Shown here piece by piece: positions 34,820 through 44,551 of a DNA stretch of 64,000 nt (position 1 is its first letter; every line of letters begins with the position of its first letter). The position numbers and the translations under genes are program-made. Source of the DNA: Nitrospirota bacterium (lineage in GTDB: Bacteria; Nitrospirota; JACRHJ01); assembly GCA_963733375.1 (NCBI GenBank), contig CAVTDB010000003.1, positions 96,001 to 160,000 of the forward strand. Direction: 5' to 3'. The notes beneath the pieces are model-generated. The model saw only the letters and a list, made by a program, of their open reading frames with translations. It was not told the origin of the DNA and searched no databases.

Positions 34820-34884
34820 CAAAAGCCCACAGCCTTTTTACACTCATAACCGTTACTGTGCATAAAACGGCTCATGCGGCTTTC
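34820..34884 (-). promoter_or_regulatory. Candidate structured leader element, copy A
   Basis: GAAAGCCGCA..GAGC..TGC..GAGTGT..GTGGGCTTTTG, shared with 35651-35717. Confidence 0.45.
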
Positions 34885-34899
34885 CTAAACACCAAGTGA

Positions 34900-35559
34900 T
34901 TAAACAGAAGGGTTTTCCCTGACCGTGACCAAGAGTTCCTTGATCCCTACGATGCCACCGAAAGCCGCCCCTATACTTGTGACAGTATAATGATACAGTT
35001 TGTCTGGATAATCGGATCTGGATGGCGGTATCTGCCTGATGGCGTCAAAAATGGCATCTTCAAGGGAAAACTTTATTGACCGACCCGTCGCCTGTCTTGA
35101 TTGTAAGTTAATTATATCTGTTAACAAGTGCTCCATTCCCTTGCCAACACTAAATGGTATGGGGACTTCTCCGCCGCCGCCAAGCGGTACAGGTACCTCC
35201 CCACCTCCGCCAGCTATCAAAGTTTTAGTTACGACTCCCGATTCCGTTGCCCCAAAAGCGATGACATCAACAAGTTTATCTCCACCATTGAAATATACTT
35301 TGACCTGTTTCTTGCATGGACCGATGTCGAAAACCTCCACATGTTCCCACTTGTATCCTTTATGTACAGCCGCGCATACTATGCCGTCAGGCAAGTTCCT
35401 TTGAACAATAAACCCTGGCGGCTCTACATCTAGTTTATTTGAAATAATTTCTATGCCCTTTGTGCAGGCGTCAGGATAGGTTCCCCTTGCATAAATAAAG
35501 TGTTGCCCGAATGCAAAAAAAGCATTAACGCTGTCTATCCCAATTAATGCGGTAGCCAT
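34900..35559 (-). CDS. Hypothetical two-domain protein with a GGGGEVPxP duplication
   Basis: 219-aa ORF with RBS AGGAG; ATGRS..SLEDAI..IGAAFGGIVG C-terminal domain. Confidence 0.75.
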   Translation of the reverse strand: MATALIGIDSVNAFFAFGQHFIYARGTYPDACTKGIEIISNKLDVEPPGFIVQRNLPDGIVCAAVHKGYKWEHVEVFDIGPCKKQVKVYFNGGDKLVDVIAFGATESGVVTKTLIAGGGGEVPVPLGGGGEVPIPFSVGKGMEHLLTDIINLQSRQATGRSIKFSLEDAIFDAIRQIPPSRSDYPDKLYHYTVTSIGAAFGGIVGIKELLVTVRENPSV

Positions 35560-35650
35560 GTGTAGCTCCTATTCTATTAATAAACTGATGGAGAAAACAT
35601 TGCTCGAAAAGGTAAAACCCATATCTGTTTACAGAGGTGGACTTTGTTTA

Positions 35651-35717
35651 CAAAAGCCCACGACTTACTCTGAGTCCTGACACTCGGATAGCACGTAAAG
35701 CTCGTATTGCGGCTTTC
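35651..35717 (-). promoter_or_regulatory. Candidate structured leader element, copy B
   Basis: Same termini and internal words as copy A. Confidence 0.45.
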
Positions 35718-35942
35718 TATTTAAACAAGGTTATTTCTACATTATTGAGAACCTAAAGTCAATAAAGATTACCAGCTTATTGACTAAGGTAAAAATACTA
35801 CTACTTTTGAGTTAGACATAAGTAACTGCGCATTTTCAACTTTCGCCCCTTTTTTTGACTACCTGGTTTGCGTAACGCAATCCGTCTCACGCTTCTCTGA
35901 TTGCCTTATAGCTAGGACGGAAGTAGCCGCCGAAACGTTTTG

Positions 35943-36338
35943 TCATTGCCATTGGCTGGTCTCGACAGGTGTCCCGACCGGAGTTACATCGTTAGAGAGA
36001 TCCGATGCGTCGCTCGTCCCCGCTGAATTAGTCGCCATAACAACAAAATTGTAGGTGGTTCCATTTGTAAGACCTGTTACAATTATTGGGCTCGATTGCC
36101 CAATAGCCCTAACCGTAGCTACACCGGGGCCTGAGATAACTATATATGAAATGATAGGACTGCCGCCGTCATCCATAGGAGCGGCAAAGCTCACAGTAGC
36201 CTGCCCGTCGCCAGCCATCGCTTGAACATTGGTCGGCGCGCTAGGGACTGTTGAGTCCGCAAAACAGAGTTGGCCGACAACCAGAAGAGCAAAAACTAAT
36301 AGCATAGTCCAAATAGCGCTTAAAGAATGAATCTTCAT
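35943..36338 (-). CDS. Secreted fibronectin type III domain protein
   Basis: Signal peptide; VPSAPTNVQAMAGDGQATVSF..DGGSPIISY..VTGLTNGTTYNF. Confidence 0.85.
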   Translation of the reverse strand: MKIHSLSAIWTMLLVFALLVVGQLCFADSTVPSAPTNVQAMAGDGQATVSFAAPMDDGGSPIISYIVISGPGVATVRAIGQSSPIIVTGLTNGTTYNFVVMATNSAGTSDASDLSNDVTPVGTPVETSQWQ

Positions 36339-36413
36339 AATTCCTATCCTCCTTTTTATCACGAGAATTCCCATACGATTATTATCCCCGGCTGTCCGTT
36401 TGAACCGGTATAC

Positions 36414-36574
36414 TGTTGATCGGCGTGCAATAATGACCCACTTAGCGGGTAATCGGCGTCCAATATTGACCCTCCCTCTGAAGTCATAACACGCGGTTAT
36501 TAATATGATAAATTAAATTAACCCTGGGTCAAACAGGATGCCGATGGTGGGTCAAAATTGCACGCCGATCAACA
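36414..36574 (+). mobile_element. IS21-like MITE, copy 1 (161 bp)
   Basis: TGTTGATCGGCGTGCAAT...ATTGCACGCCGATCAACA terminal inverted repeats with internal ATCGGC-N-AT-TGACCC repeats; no ORF. Confidence 0.85.
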
Positions 36575-36663
36575 TCCTGAGGCGTTTCCGTGGCGTTTTC
36601 CGAAGCCGACTTGTCGTGATTTCAAAGAGTTAGGAATCTCACCCCCCCTGTCAATGTACAGTC

Positions 36664-37140
36664 TTGCTTTTGGGGGAATGCCCTGAATGGTTAAGGGAGA
36701 TAGTCACCTTCGCAATCTATACCGGGATGAGACGTAACGAGATACTATCCCTTAGATGGCCCCAGGTGGACTTAGAGCGGCAGGCGATAACGCTCCTTAT
36801 AACCAAGAATAAGGAAAAGCGCACCGTGCCAATAAATGAAAAGGTTCTGACCCTTTTGAGGGAAAAGGTCTCATCGCGGAAAAATTCTGGTTACGTTTTC
36901 CCTTCGGAGGCGGGCACGATGATAGAGGGGCACAATTTGAGCCGTGCATATAGGCTGGCAAGGGAAAAGGCAGGGCTTAACGATGTCCGTTTCCACGATC
37001 TCCGCCATACTGCGGGCAGCCGGATGGTTCAAGCTGGTGTTGACCTCTATTCAGTGAGTCTGATCCTGGGCCATAAAACCCTAGCTGTTACAAAGCGGTA
37101 TGCTCACCACAATGTTGAGAGTCTGCGCCGTGGCTGTTGA
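36664..37140 (+). pseudogene. Tyrosine integrase catalytic domain, N-terminally truncated
   Basis: TGMRRNE, FHDLRHT, LGH, RYAH; no core-binding domain upstream. Confidence 0.85.
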
Positions 37141-37410
37141 TTAACATCCGGTTTGAGATTTATTGTCAGGAGGGGTGAGATTAACCCTATCGAAGTTTTG
37201 ATTAAACAAAGCGCGAAATGCGTCCTTTGTGGTGCTCCTTATGGGAAATGCGATTGCTGGCAGCCATGCGATTATAAGCCGCCGTGCGGCCACGTGCATG
37301 AAAAGGGGCAACTTGCGGGAATCCCATTCATGAGATGAAAAAGGCAAAAGAGAGGCGGCGGTGGGCTGCTTGGTAAAATCGGATTTCACGTGGTGAAATT
37401 TTTCGAGAGA

Positions 37411-37513
37411 GCGAGTTATCTCACCGTTTTGCGAAAGTTATCTCGCGCCGCTACACAGAAACGAGGGAGTTGACTCTAACTTTACAACTGGTACAATAAA
37501 CGGGGGCAGATCA
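37411..37513 (-). mobile_element. Two adjacent orphan transposon ends (TGTAGCGGCG.. with GAGATAACT x2; IS3-like TGATCTGCCCCC)
   Basis: Repeat-containing TG end at 37455; TGATCTGCCCCCGTTTATTGTACCAG end at 37513, matching 44003 and 45674. Confidence 0.55.
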
Positions 37514-37587
37514 ATTGAAATCCCCCCTTATCCAGGTTTGGACAATCCGGCCCCGGTATTCCAGGAATTTAAGTCAAATTATGGATT

Positions 37588-37623
37588 CCCCGATTAAGTC
37601 ATTCGCGAATGACTTAATCGGGG
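37588..37623. repeat. Perfect 36-bp palindrome (REP-like)
   Basis: CCCCGATTAAGTCATTCG|CGAATGACTTAATCGGGG. Confidence 0.85.
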
Positions 37624-37741
37624 GTCATTCCACCTAATCCTATCACCCCCGCGGGTGCCTGGGGTTGGTCAGTAACCTTCCCCCAGCCATATGCCGCCAG
37701 CTCGTCAGGGGTTACACACCAAAGGTTTGATACTGAACCTC

Positions 37742-39244
37742 CTAATGGACGTATCCGATGCCGTTCAAAGTCAACGTGTCGTTACCGCCGTATATATTGC
37801 TGTCGCTCGCGGAGAGGAACAGCTTCACTGAGTAAGTTCCGGCGGGGTAGATCAGACCTCCCCATCCTCCCCCCCCCGTGAACTGGTACGCGCCGCCAGA
37901 AGAAATACCTACGGCGCCAAGCCTTGTTCCGTCCGAGTTGTAGAGGAACACCTCTGCGTCGTCGTAAGTATCTGATATTCCCAACATATTCACCGTGATG
38001 TTGCCCGCGTCAGTGGTCGTGAACGATACAGCAGTGGATGTCGTGCCGCTGCCAGATCCGTCGTCTGTGACCGAGGCAGTCTTGCTCGTGTCCATGCTGA
38101 AGTTACCGACAGTCTGCTGATAAGGACAAGATTGGGACACGGCTACCGTGGAGTATCCTTTTCCAGCCGATATTTTAGTTATCCCGGTGAAGCCGCTCTG
38201 AACAGGATTCCATTTGTCGGTAGTAGTTCCATCGCCAAGCTGGCCAAGATCGTTACGTCCCCAGGCCCGGACTGTGCCGTCCGATTTCAGGGCAACAGTA
38301 TGATACGCTCCCCCGGAAACCGAGACTACGCCGGTAAGCCCGGGCACCTGGATGGGGGAAAGTCTGTTAGTGTTGGTCCCGTCACCTATTTGGCCGTATT
38401 GATTACTTCCCCACGCCCAGACCGTACCGTCCGACTTCAGGGCAACTGTAAAAAGATACCCTCCGGTAATGGATACCACGCCAGTAAGCCCGGGCACCTG
38501 GACGGGCGAATGTTCGGTAGTGGTAGTCCCGTCGCCCAACTGCCCATACTGATTATCTCCCCACGCCCAAACCGTGCCGTCCGACTTCAGGGCAACTGTA
38601 TGCTGATACCCTGCGGCAATAGATACCACGCCGGTAAGCCCAGGCACCTGGACGGGCGAATATCTGGTAGTGGTAGTCCCGTCGCCTAGCGGGCCATTAT
38701 AGTTATATCCCCAGTCCCAGACCGTACCGTCCGACTTCAGAGCAAACGTATTATAATCTCCCACGGCAATTGAGACTACGCCGGTAAGCCCGGGCACCTG
38801 AACGGGCGAAAGCCTGTAAGTCGTCGTCCCATCGCCAAGCTCTCCTTCTCCTTCCGCATTTCTTCCCCAGTCCCAGACCGTACCGTCCGACTTCAGGGCA
38901 ACCGTATGATAACATCCCGCGGTAACCGAGATTACGCCAGTTAGCCCGGGCACCTGAATGGGTGAAGTCGTGGGATTGTTATTCCCGTCACCAAGCTCCC
39001 CATCTGAATTAGCTCCCCACGCCCAGACCGTGCCGTCCGATTTCAGGGCAACTGTATGCCATCCCCCTTCAGAAATTGAGACTACATCGGTCAACGGCAC
39101 CTCCACGGGGGTAGTGGTATTAGTCCCGTTGTTAGCCCACTGGCCAGTAGCCCAGACCTCCCCCGCCTCGGCCCTAACAGTCCCTATGAAACCTAAGAAG
39201 AGGATCGCCGTCAAAACTGAAAAAACCCACACTGCTTTTTTCAT
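37742..39244 (-). CDS. Secreted RCC1/BLIP-II-type beta-propeller repeat protein
   Basis: Signal peptide; six HTVALKSDGTVWAWG..GQLGDG..SPVQVPGLTGV repeats. Confidence 0.92.
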   Translation of the reverse strand: MKKAVWVFSVLTAILFLGFIGTVRAEAGEVWATGQWANNGTNTTTPVEVPLTDVVSISEGGWHTVALKSDGTVWAWGANSDGELGDGNNNPTTSPIQVPGLTGVISVTAGCYHTVALKSDGTVWDWGRNAEGEGELGDGTTTYRLSPVQVPGLTGVVSIAVGDYNTFALKSDGTVWDWGYNYNGPLGDGTTTTRYSPVQVPGLTGVVSIAAGYQHTVALKSDGTVWAWGDNQYGQLGDGTTTTEHSPVQVPGLTGVVSITGGYLFTVALKSDGTVWAWGSNQYGQIGDGTNTNRLSPIQVPGLTGVVSVSGGAYHTVALKSDGTVRAWGRNDLGQLGDGTTTDKWNPVQSGFTGITKISAGKGYSTVAVSQSCPYQQTVGNFSMDTSKTASVTDDGSGSGTTSTAVSFTTTDAGNITVNMLGISDTYDDAEVFLYNSDGTRLGAVGISSGGAYQFTGGGGWGGLIYPAGTYSVKLFLSASDSNIYGGNDTLTLNGIGYVH

Positions 39245-39446
39245 CAGACATCTCCTTTGAAGAAAGAATTAAGAAAGTGGATGGGATACTCCTCCGGGGT
39301 AGTAGAACCATCTTTAAATAATGAACATAAAAACAAAACATCGGGACGGGCAGAAGCAAGACCATAAGGATAATAACAAATAATGCCTCCTTTCCTCCTT
39401 ATTTTACTAATTTTTGAATTGCAATCCTAATTTTCTTTAGGATTCC

Positions 39447-39607
39447 TGTTGATCGGCGTCCAAAATTGACCCACCATCGGCATACTGCTTGACCCAGGGG
39501 CAAGTTAGTTTATCATTTTAATAACAGCAAGTTATGACCTCAGAGGGTGGGTCAATATTGGACGCCGATTACCCGGAAAGTGGGTCATTATTGCATGCCG
39601 ATCAACA
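39447..39607 (-). mobile_element. IS21-like MITE, copy 2
   Basis: Reverse-complement match to copy 1. Confidence 0.85.
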
Positions 39608-39683
39608 CCTTTAACCTCTAATACGATTTATATTCCGGTAGCCTCCGTGTAAATAACGGAATTTTCCCCGTTCTTATAATGCA

Positions 39684-40715
39684 TTATCCTTTTGACTTAT
39701 TGGGTTCTATGAACTTCTGGTTTTTACTTGAGGCTGCAGAAAGCCTGTTGAGCAGTTGATCCATGGTAGAACGCAGCAGTTTCTCTCCCGCAAAACCAGC
39801 AGCAAAATCAATCACCCTATACGCTACATACACGTCTGGGACCTCAATTTTAATTCCGGCAGAACTACTTCCGCCCGTTTTTATTATCCCGAAGAGCAGC
39901 TGACTCTCGGCCAAGAGGAGTATTGCAAGGGCCGTGGCCGCACCCATAATTGGACGTGCAAAAACGTTTAATGTCAGGTTTATGGTAAAGTTTCCCTTTA
40001 TCAAACTCTGTTTGTCGGAAGACATTATTCGAACTTAGGCTACCGCCAAGCGCACCCAAAACACAGGCATAAAAATAATCCGTGGACCCGTTCTGGCGGT
40101 AGTAAATAAAAAACAGCGCGATTAAAAGTAACGCCATTATTATCTGGGACACGTTGTTGATTTTTACCATGTAGAGTTCGAGGAAGCTGCTGTCCAAGCT
40201 CCTATTAATGGTATTCAGCGCCGCCTTGAGGGTTTTCCTCGACCTTTCAAGGACGTCATTACTTACTGTTTTCTCTTCGAGTTTCTTTATCACATCATCT
40301 AATTGGGCTCTCCAGGTTTTCCTGATGTCCTCGGGAAGGTTTGTAAGTGACAGGTTGTCCAAGATGCTTCTCGCATCGGTAAGAAGCTCATCCCCGTCCT
40401 TTATCAGCAGGAAATCCTCGTCAAGCCGATGCGCCGTCTCGCGGAAAAAAACTATTTTCTTATTAAGATATCCTTTTTTCTCCGTCTCCTAAAGACACCT
40501 TAAGGAGATTGATCCTCTCTCCAAGTTGCTTTAGCAGCTCGATTTATATGCATGTCTTCGGTCTCAACATATCTGGACTTGAGTATATTGAACTCCGACT
40601 CTATGCTAAGCATACTTGCGTATAGGTCCTCTTTGGGCGGCGTGTGGAACCCTTTAAGGGCTTTTATATAAAACAGGTGGTTTGTCGGCTTGCCTGAGTG
40701 TTCTAATTCGGTCAT
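39684..40715 (-). CDS. Membrane protein (GALGG...RPxxG...AAGF type), frameshifted
   Basis: RBS GGAGG at MTELEH; three colinear ORF pieces with TM helices, VLGALGGSLS, ARPIMGA, DFAAGFAGEK. Confidence 0.65.
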
Positions 40716-40934
40716 GGATCCTCCTGATAAAAGATTTAACGAACAGCAAAGGGGGGGGACATGCAATCTCAGTTTTCACCGCAATACCATATTGCATCAT
40801 TACAGTTAGGTAAAACTTTGACTTTAAGCAAACTAACAATCGGCTGGTAATAAACTACCTGAGCCTGAACCATTATACAGTTGAAAGGTTGATGTCAGAG
40901 TTGAGTATAGTATTCCGCCCGTCAAGGCATTACC

Positions 40935-42138
40935 TCACTTGATATTAACACCTTCAGGCTCCTTGCAATTGCTATCCAAGAAAAACACCTCCGCACCAGT
41001 ATCCTCGACCGGGTTGTTTGGTTTCAGCCAGCCGCCCGTGTTATATAGTTCTATATTAGTTGCACCGGTAGCTAAAGGTAGTTCATATGAAAGCGGGTTT
41101 TCAATTGCTTCATGTGTATGACCAAATATCACCCTCTTGGGCACGGCCAAGCCAAAACCCGCGGCTTGGCTACAGCTCGCTGAATAAAAACGCGCAAACC
41201 TCTTTTGCACTTCAGGTTTATCTTTAAATGTCTTGGAGTAGCGACTGTCTTCATAGCCCGAGATTTGGCTGTCCACCCAGTGCTTCAACAAGCCGATAAC
41301 AAGATCATATGTCTCCCCGGTTAACCGGGTCGCCCCAAACATCTCCTTAATGTTGTTTTTGATGACATCAATAGCTTGATCCAATTGCTGGGATTGTTGG
41401 CTTTTTGCCTGTTGCTGCACAGTTTGAAACAACCCCGTTACCGGGCCTCCCATCCCGAGACCGGTACATATCATGGTGTTGATTGGCAGGTTATATTCCT
41501 CAATTTGCTTGACATCTGTTGCATCGGGTAACTTACCACCAGGAAAATCCTTCAGCAAGCTCTGAAAGCAATACCCAAGCTAATTCCAAGAAATGGCCAT
41601 GCGTGACAAGCGTAGCATTCTCGCCGCACTTTATATAAAGGTTTGGATAGACTATGTATATAGGCACATTACTTTCTTTGGGCAGCAATCCTTCTATATA
41701 CATACCGCCGTAGTCCCCGTCAGGGTTAGGCGTTACACCAGGGAGATTTATGCTGCCAGCCTCGAGGTTTATTATTCCTGGCTGGGTATGTATAAAGGCC
41801 TCTGGGTCGGCGTTCTTTTGAAGCTTCATGATGACATGCCGCTGCCACTCGGTAGCGTCCCAGACCTGTTTGTCATGGTTGCCTGGGATATATACTATTT
41901 TCTTCGTCAGTTTTACGATTGCTTCAAAAAACGGTTTTGAAATTGCACATGAATTAGCAAAGGAATTGATAGAAAAGTCTAATGTATCTCCGTTTAAGAC
42001 AAGGTAGTCAATTGGCCCCTTGTTATCTATTGCGCTCTTGAACCGATCAAATGTCGGGGTAGTCTTACCGTTGGCGACAAGCTTGCAGTTTGGATCGCCA
42101 AAGTGAGTGTCTGAGATTATAGCTATCCGTGCACACAT
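40935..42138 (-). CDS. Calcineurin-like metallophosphoesterase, frameshift near 41555
   Basis: SDTHFG, NGDTLD, PGNHD, THGH, FGHTH, NTGGW. Confidence 0.88.
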
Positions 42139-42855
42139 AGTTCTTACATTCCTTTCTTTAAGTGTTTCATTTACCCCCAGACATTATCATTTTCAATCTT
42201 GTAATCATCGTACTGCCATTTTTTCTGTTCGAATATTTTCCGTAGAACAGATATACGATCTTCAATAATCTTCAATCAATTCTTATTTTTACTATCAACG
42301 CCTAAGGTTTTAAGTCTGTTAAACTCAGCTCAATACTAAGCATGTTGGCGAATAATTTTTCTTTGTGAGGAGAAAAGATACTTTTTGTAAAACCAATATC
42401 TAGGTTCTTCCTTTTCGTGGAGTTATATATATTATTTCTTATATGAGGATTACTTTACATTGTTAGGAGAAAAATGCCAATATAGGTATTTTACCAGGGA
42501 TTAGATTAGAATGAAGGGCCGGTTTGCTCTCCTGAAATTGTCAATTTTCCTAGTGTATCTAATTGGTTATATTCTATAGACGCAGCGGTTGGAACTTAAA
42601 ATATTTGTTGTCCTTGTCCTTATATGTCTTTAAGGAAAAAGAGAATAAACGGCGGCTGGGAATTCTGATGATAGATTAGCTTAAAAAAGATTTAGCTTGT
42701 GCTGTGATCAGCCGGATGGAATTGAACCCGCTGATAGGTTTTTTTATCTTTTAAAATACATCGCTTAGAAAATTGCAAATGGATTTGTGAACCTTTTGTG
42801 AACCAAGTGCCAATTCATACCCTTCAACTTCTTTTTGATGGTAAAACGCCGCTAG

Positions 42856-43017
42856 TGTGGATCGGCATGCAATAATGACCCACTTTGTGGGGTCATCGGC
42901 GTCCAATATTGACCCACCTTCTGAGGTCATAACATTCTGTTATTGATAATGATAATTTAAATTACCCCTGGGTCAAACGGATGCCGATGGTGGGTCAAAA
43001 TTGCACGCCTATCAACA
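42856..43017 (+). mobile_element. IS21-like MITE, copy 3
   Basis: TGTGGATCGGCATGC...GCACGCCTATCAACA. Confidence 0.85.
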
Positions 43018-43164
43018 CTGAATGGGGACGCGCCGGTCAGGAAGACCGAATTGCTTATTTGGGAGAGAACAAATGGCTGCATTGCGACATCGACTACGCG
43101 ACAGTAACTCCGACAATGGAGGCGGCGGTGGCTACATCGGCACTAAATTCCTAATACGCGTAAG

Positions 43165-43839
43165 TTAGGTACTGACTTCCAGTTGGTGTTTCCATAGCCG
43201 CAACCATGCTTCCCGATCATGATATCCAATTATTTTTGAAGGATCAAGCACAACATGTCCTAAATTGATTAACGAAGATACCGCAAGGAGGTTGTCTGCC
43301 ATACAATAATCAAGCATGTCGGGATAGTTCGCAAATTCGGCAACAGAGCAGATAAATGCATATTCTAGATCATTAACAAGTTCGGGTTGATTTACTAAGT
43401 CTAAACCGATCAGATCCCCTAATTCTTTATATCCATTGTGGCCGGTCGTTTGAATAAATCCACGGCCTCTAAAGTTATAACCATCATCAGTGCCTGGTCG
43501 ATTTCCCATGCGCCCACCATAAGCGAGATCGCCAATCATTTGTTGGTTAGCCGGATGTTCCTGGGTGCGCCCATAAAGCAAAGCCTGCGCGGTGTTAAAA
43601 TGAGTTGGCCATTGTTTAAGCAAAGCTTGAGGGGTGTAATTTAGCGACTCAGTCATTTCCAAGGCTGTATTGCTTTCATGGCTTATTTGGGCCATCAGAT
43701 GAGCAAGTTCCAAAATACTATCGATTTTGTATTTTATAAAAGCTTCCGCCTGAATAGCCAAAATTCCGGTAATTTGACTTTGAACTTTTTCGCTATCTGG
43801 CCACACGGCATTAAAATCATCTTGAGTAAGATATCTCAT
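43165..43839 (-). CDS. Glycoside hydrolase family 19 (chitinase/endolysin-like)
   Basis: LAHLMAQISHES, ESLNY, YGGRMGN..DGYNFRGRGFIQTTG..Y. Confidence 0.9.
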   Translation of the reverse strand: MRYLTQDDFNAVWPDSEKVQSQITGILAIQAEAFIKYKIDSILELAHLMAQISHESNTALEMTESLNYTPQALLKQWPTHFNTAQALLYGRTQEHPANQQMIGDLAYGGRMGNRPGTDDGYNFRGRGFIQTTGHNGYKELGDLIGLDLVNQPELVNDLEYAFICSVAEFANYPDMLDYCMADNLLAVSSLINLGHVVLDPSKIIGYHDREAWLRLWKHQLEVST

Positions 43840-44002
43840 TGAAGGTTACCTGGTTATTTATAAATTTATGGCCTCAGCATTACGCCCTGTGTTTAAACGG
43901 AAGAGGCATTAAGCCCCTTCCGCCATTTTTTTCTGACGGCTGCCATCGCCACCACGTAAAGCACGATAGCTACCTGTCTGCCCATTTTAGCCCTCCTTCG
44001 CC

Positions 44003-44036
44003 GGCCTGCCCCGTTATTGTACCAACTGTAAAGTTA
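44003..44036 (+). mobile_element. Orphan IS3-like terminal repeat
   Basis: GGCCTGCCCCGTTATTGTACCAACTGTAAAGTT, similar to 45674 and to 37478-37513 reversed. Confidence 0.55.
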
Positions 44037-44077
44037 AAGAAATCTGTCCCGAGGGCATAGTACATAATCAGCGCCCC

Positions 44078-44362
44078 TTACTTTTTGCCATCCACCATCT
44101 CTTTCAATTCTTTGCCTGGTTTAAAGAAAGGCACTAATTTCGCTGGAACACTGACAGCCTCCCCAGTTTTGGGGTTCCTGCCGTCGCGTTCTTTTCTGGA
44201 GCGTAATTTGAAACTGCCGAATCCTCGGATTTCAACGTTGTCATTGGAAGCAAGGGCGCCTTTAATGCTGTCAAAAAAGGCATTGACGATGATCTCGGCC
44301 TCTCTCTTGTTAATTCCATCTACTTTATTAGCCAGTTTATCTGTGAGTTCTGCTTTTGTCAT
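44078..44362 (-). CDS. ihfB: Integration host factor beta / HU family protein
   Basis: MTKAEL..VEIRGFGSF..GRNPKTGE..VPFFKPGKELKE. Confidence 0.88.
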   Translation of the reverse strand: MTKAELTDKLANKVDGINKREAEIIVNAFFDSIKGALASNDNVEIRGFGSFKLRSRKERDGRNPKTGEAVSVPAKLVPFFKPGKELKEMVDGKK

Positions 44363-44404
44363 AGGATTCCTTGATAAATAAAACGCTCTTGTTTTTTTCA
44401 GCTG

Positions 44405-44551
44405 TTAGATTATGTTAGCCCTTCGGCGATTCTGTGCGATCCTTTTATCCACGATGCTACCGCAGTTTAAGCACTTCCAGCCGTAGAAAGTCATCGAATT
44501 GTTATCGAACCTCTGATAGACCATCAACCCACCGCATTTCGGACATTTCAT
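44405..44551 (-). CDS. 48-aa zinc-ribbon protein (not in ORF track)
   Basis: Manual translation MKCPKCGGLMVYQRFDNNSMTFYGWKCLNCGSIVDKRIAQNRRRANII; purine-rich RBS. Confidence 0.75.
   Translation of the reverse strand: MKCPKCGGLMVYQRFDNNSMTFYGWKCLNCGSIVDKRIAQNRRRANII

Noticed and set aside
34820-35717. Leader hairpins as integron attC sites or c-di-GMP riboswitches
   Set aside because: No RYYYAAC/GTTRRRY boxes, no integron integrase, and no GEMM GNRA/receptor pattern.
37153-37338. 61-aa Cys-rich ORF after the integrase fragment
   Set aside because: TTG start without a clear RBS and no recognisable family; cannot support it, though it is not excluded.
43165-43839. Prophage lysis module
   Set aside because: No holin, spanin, structural or replication genes nearby.
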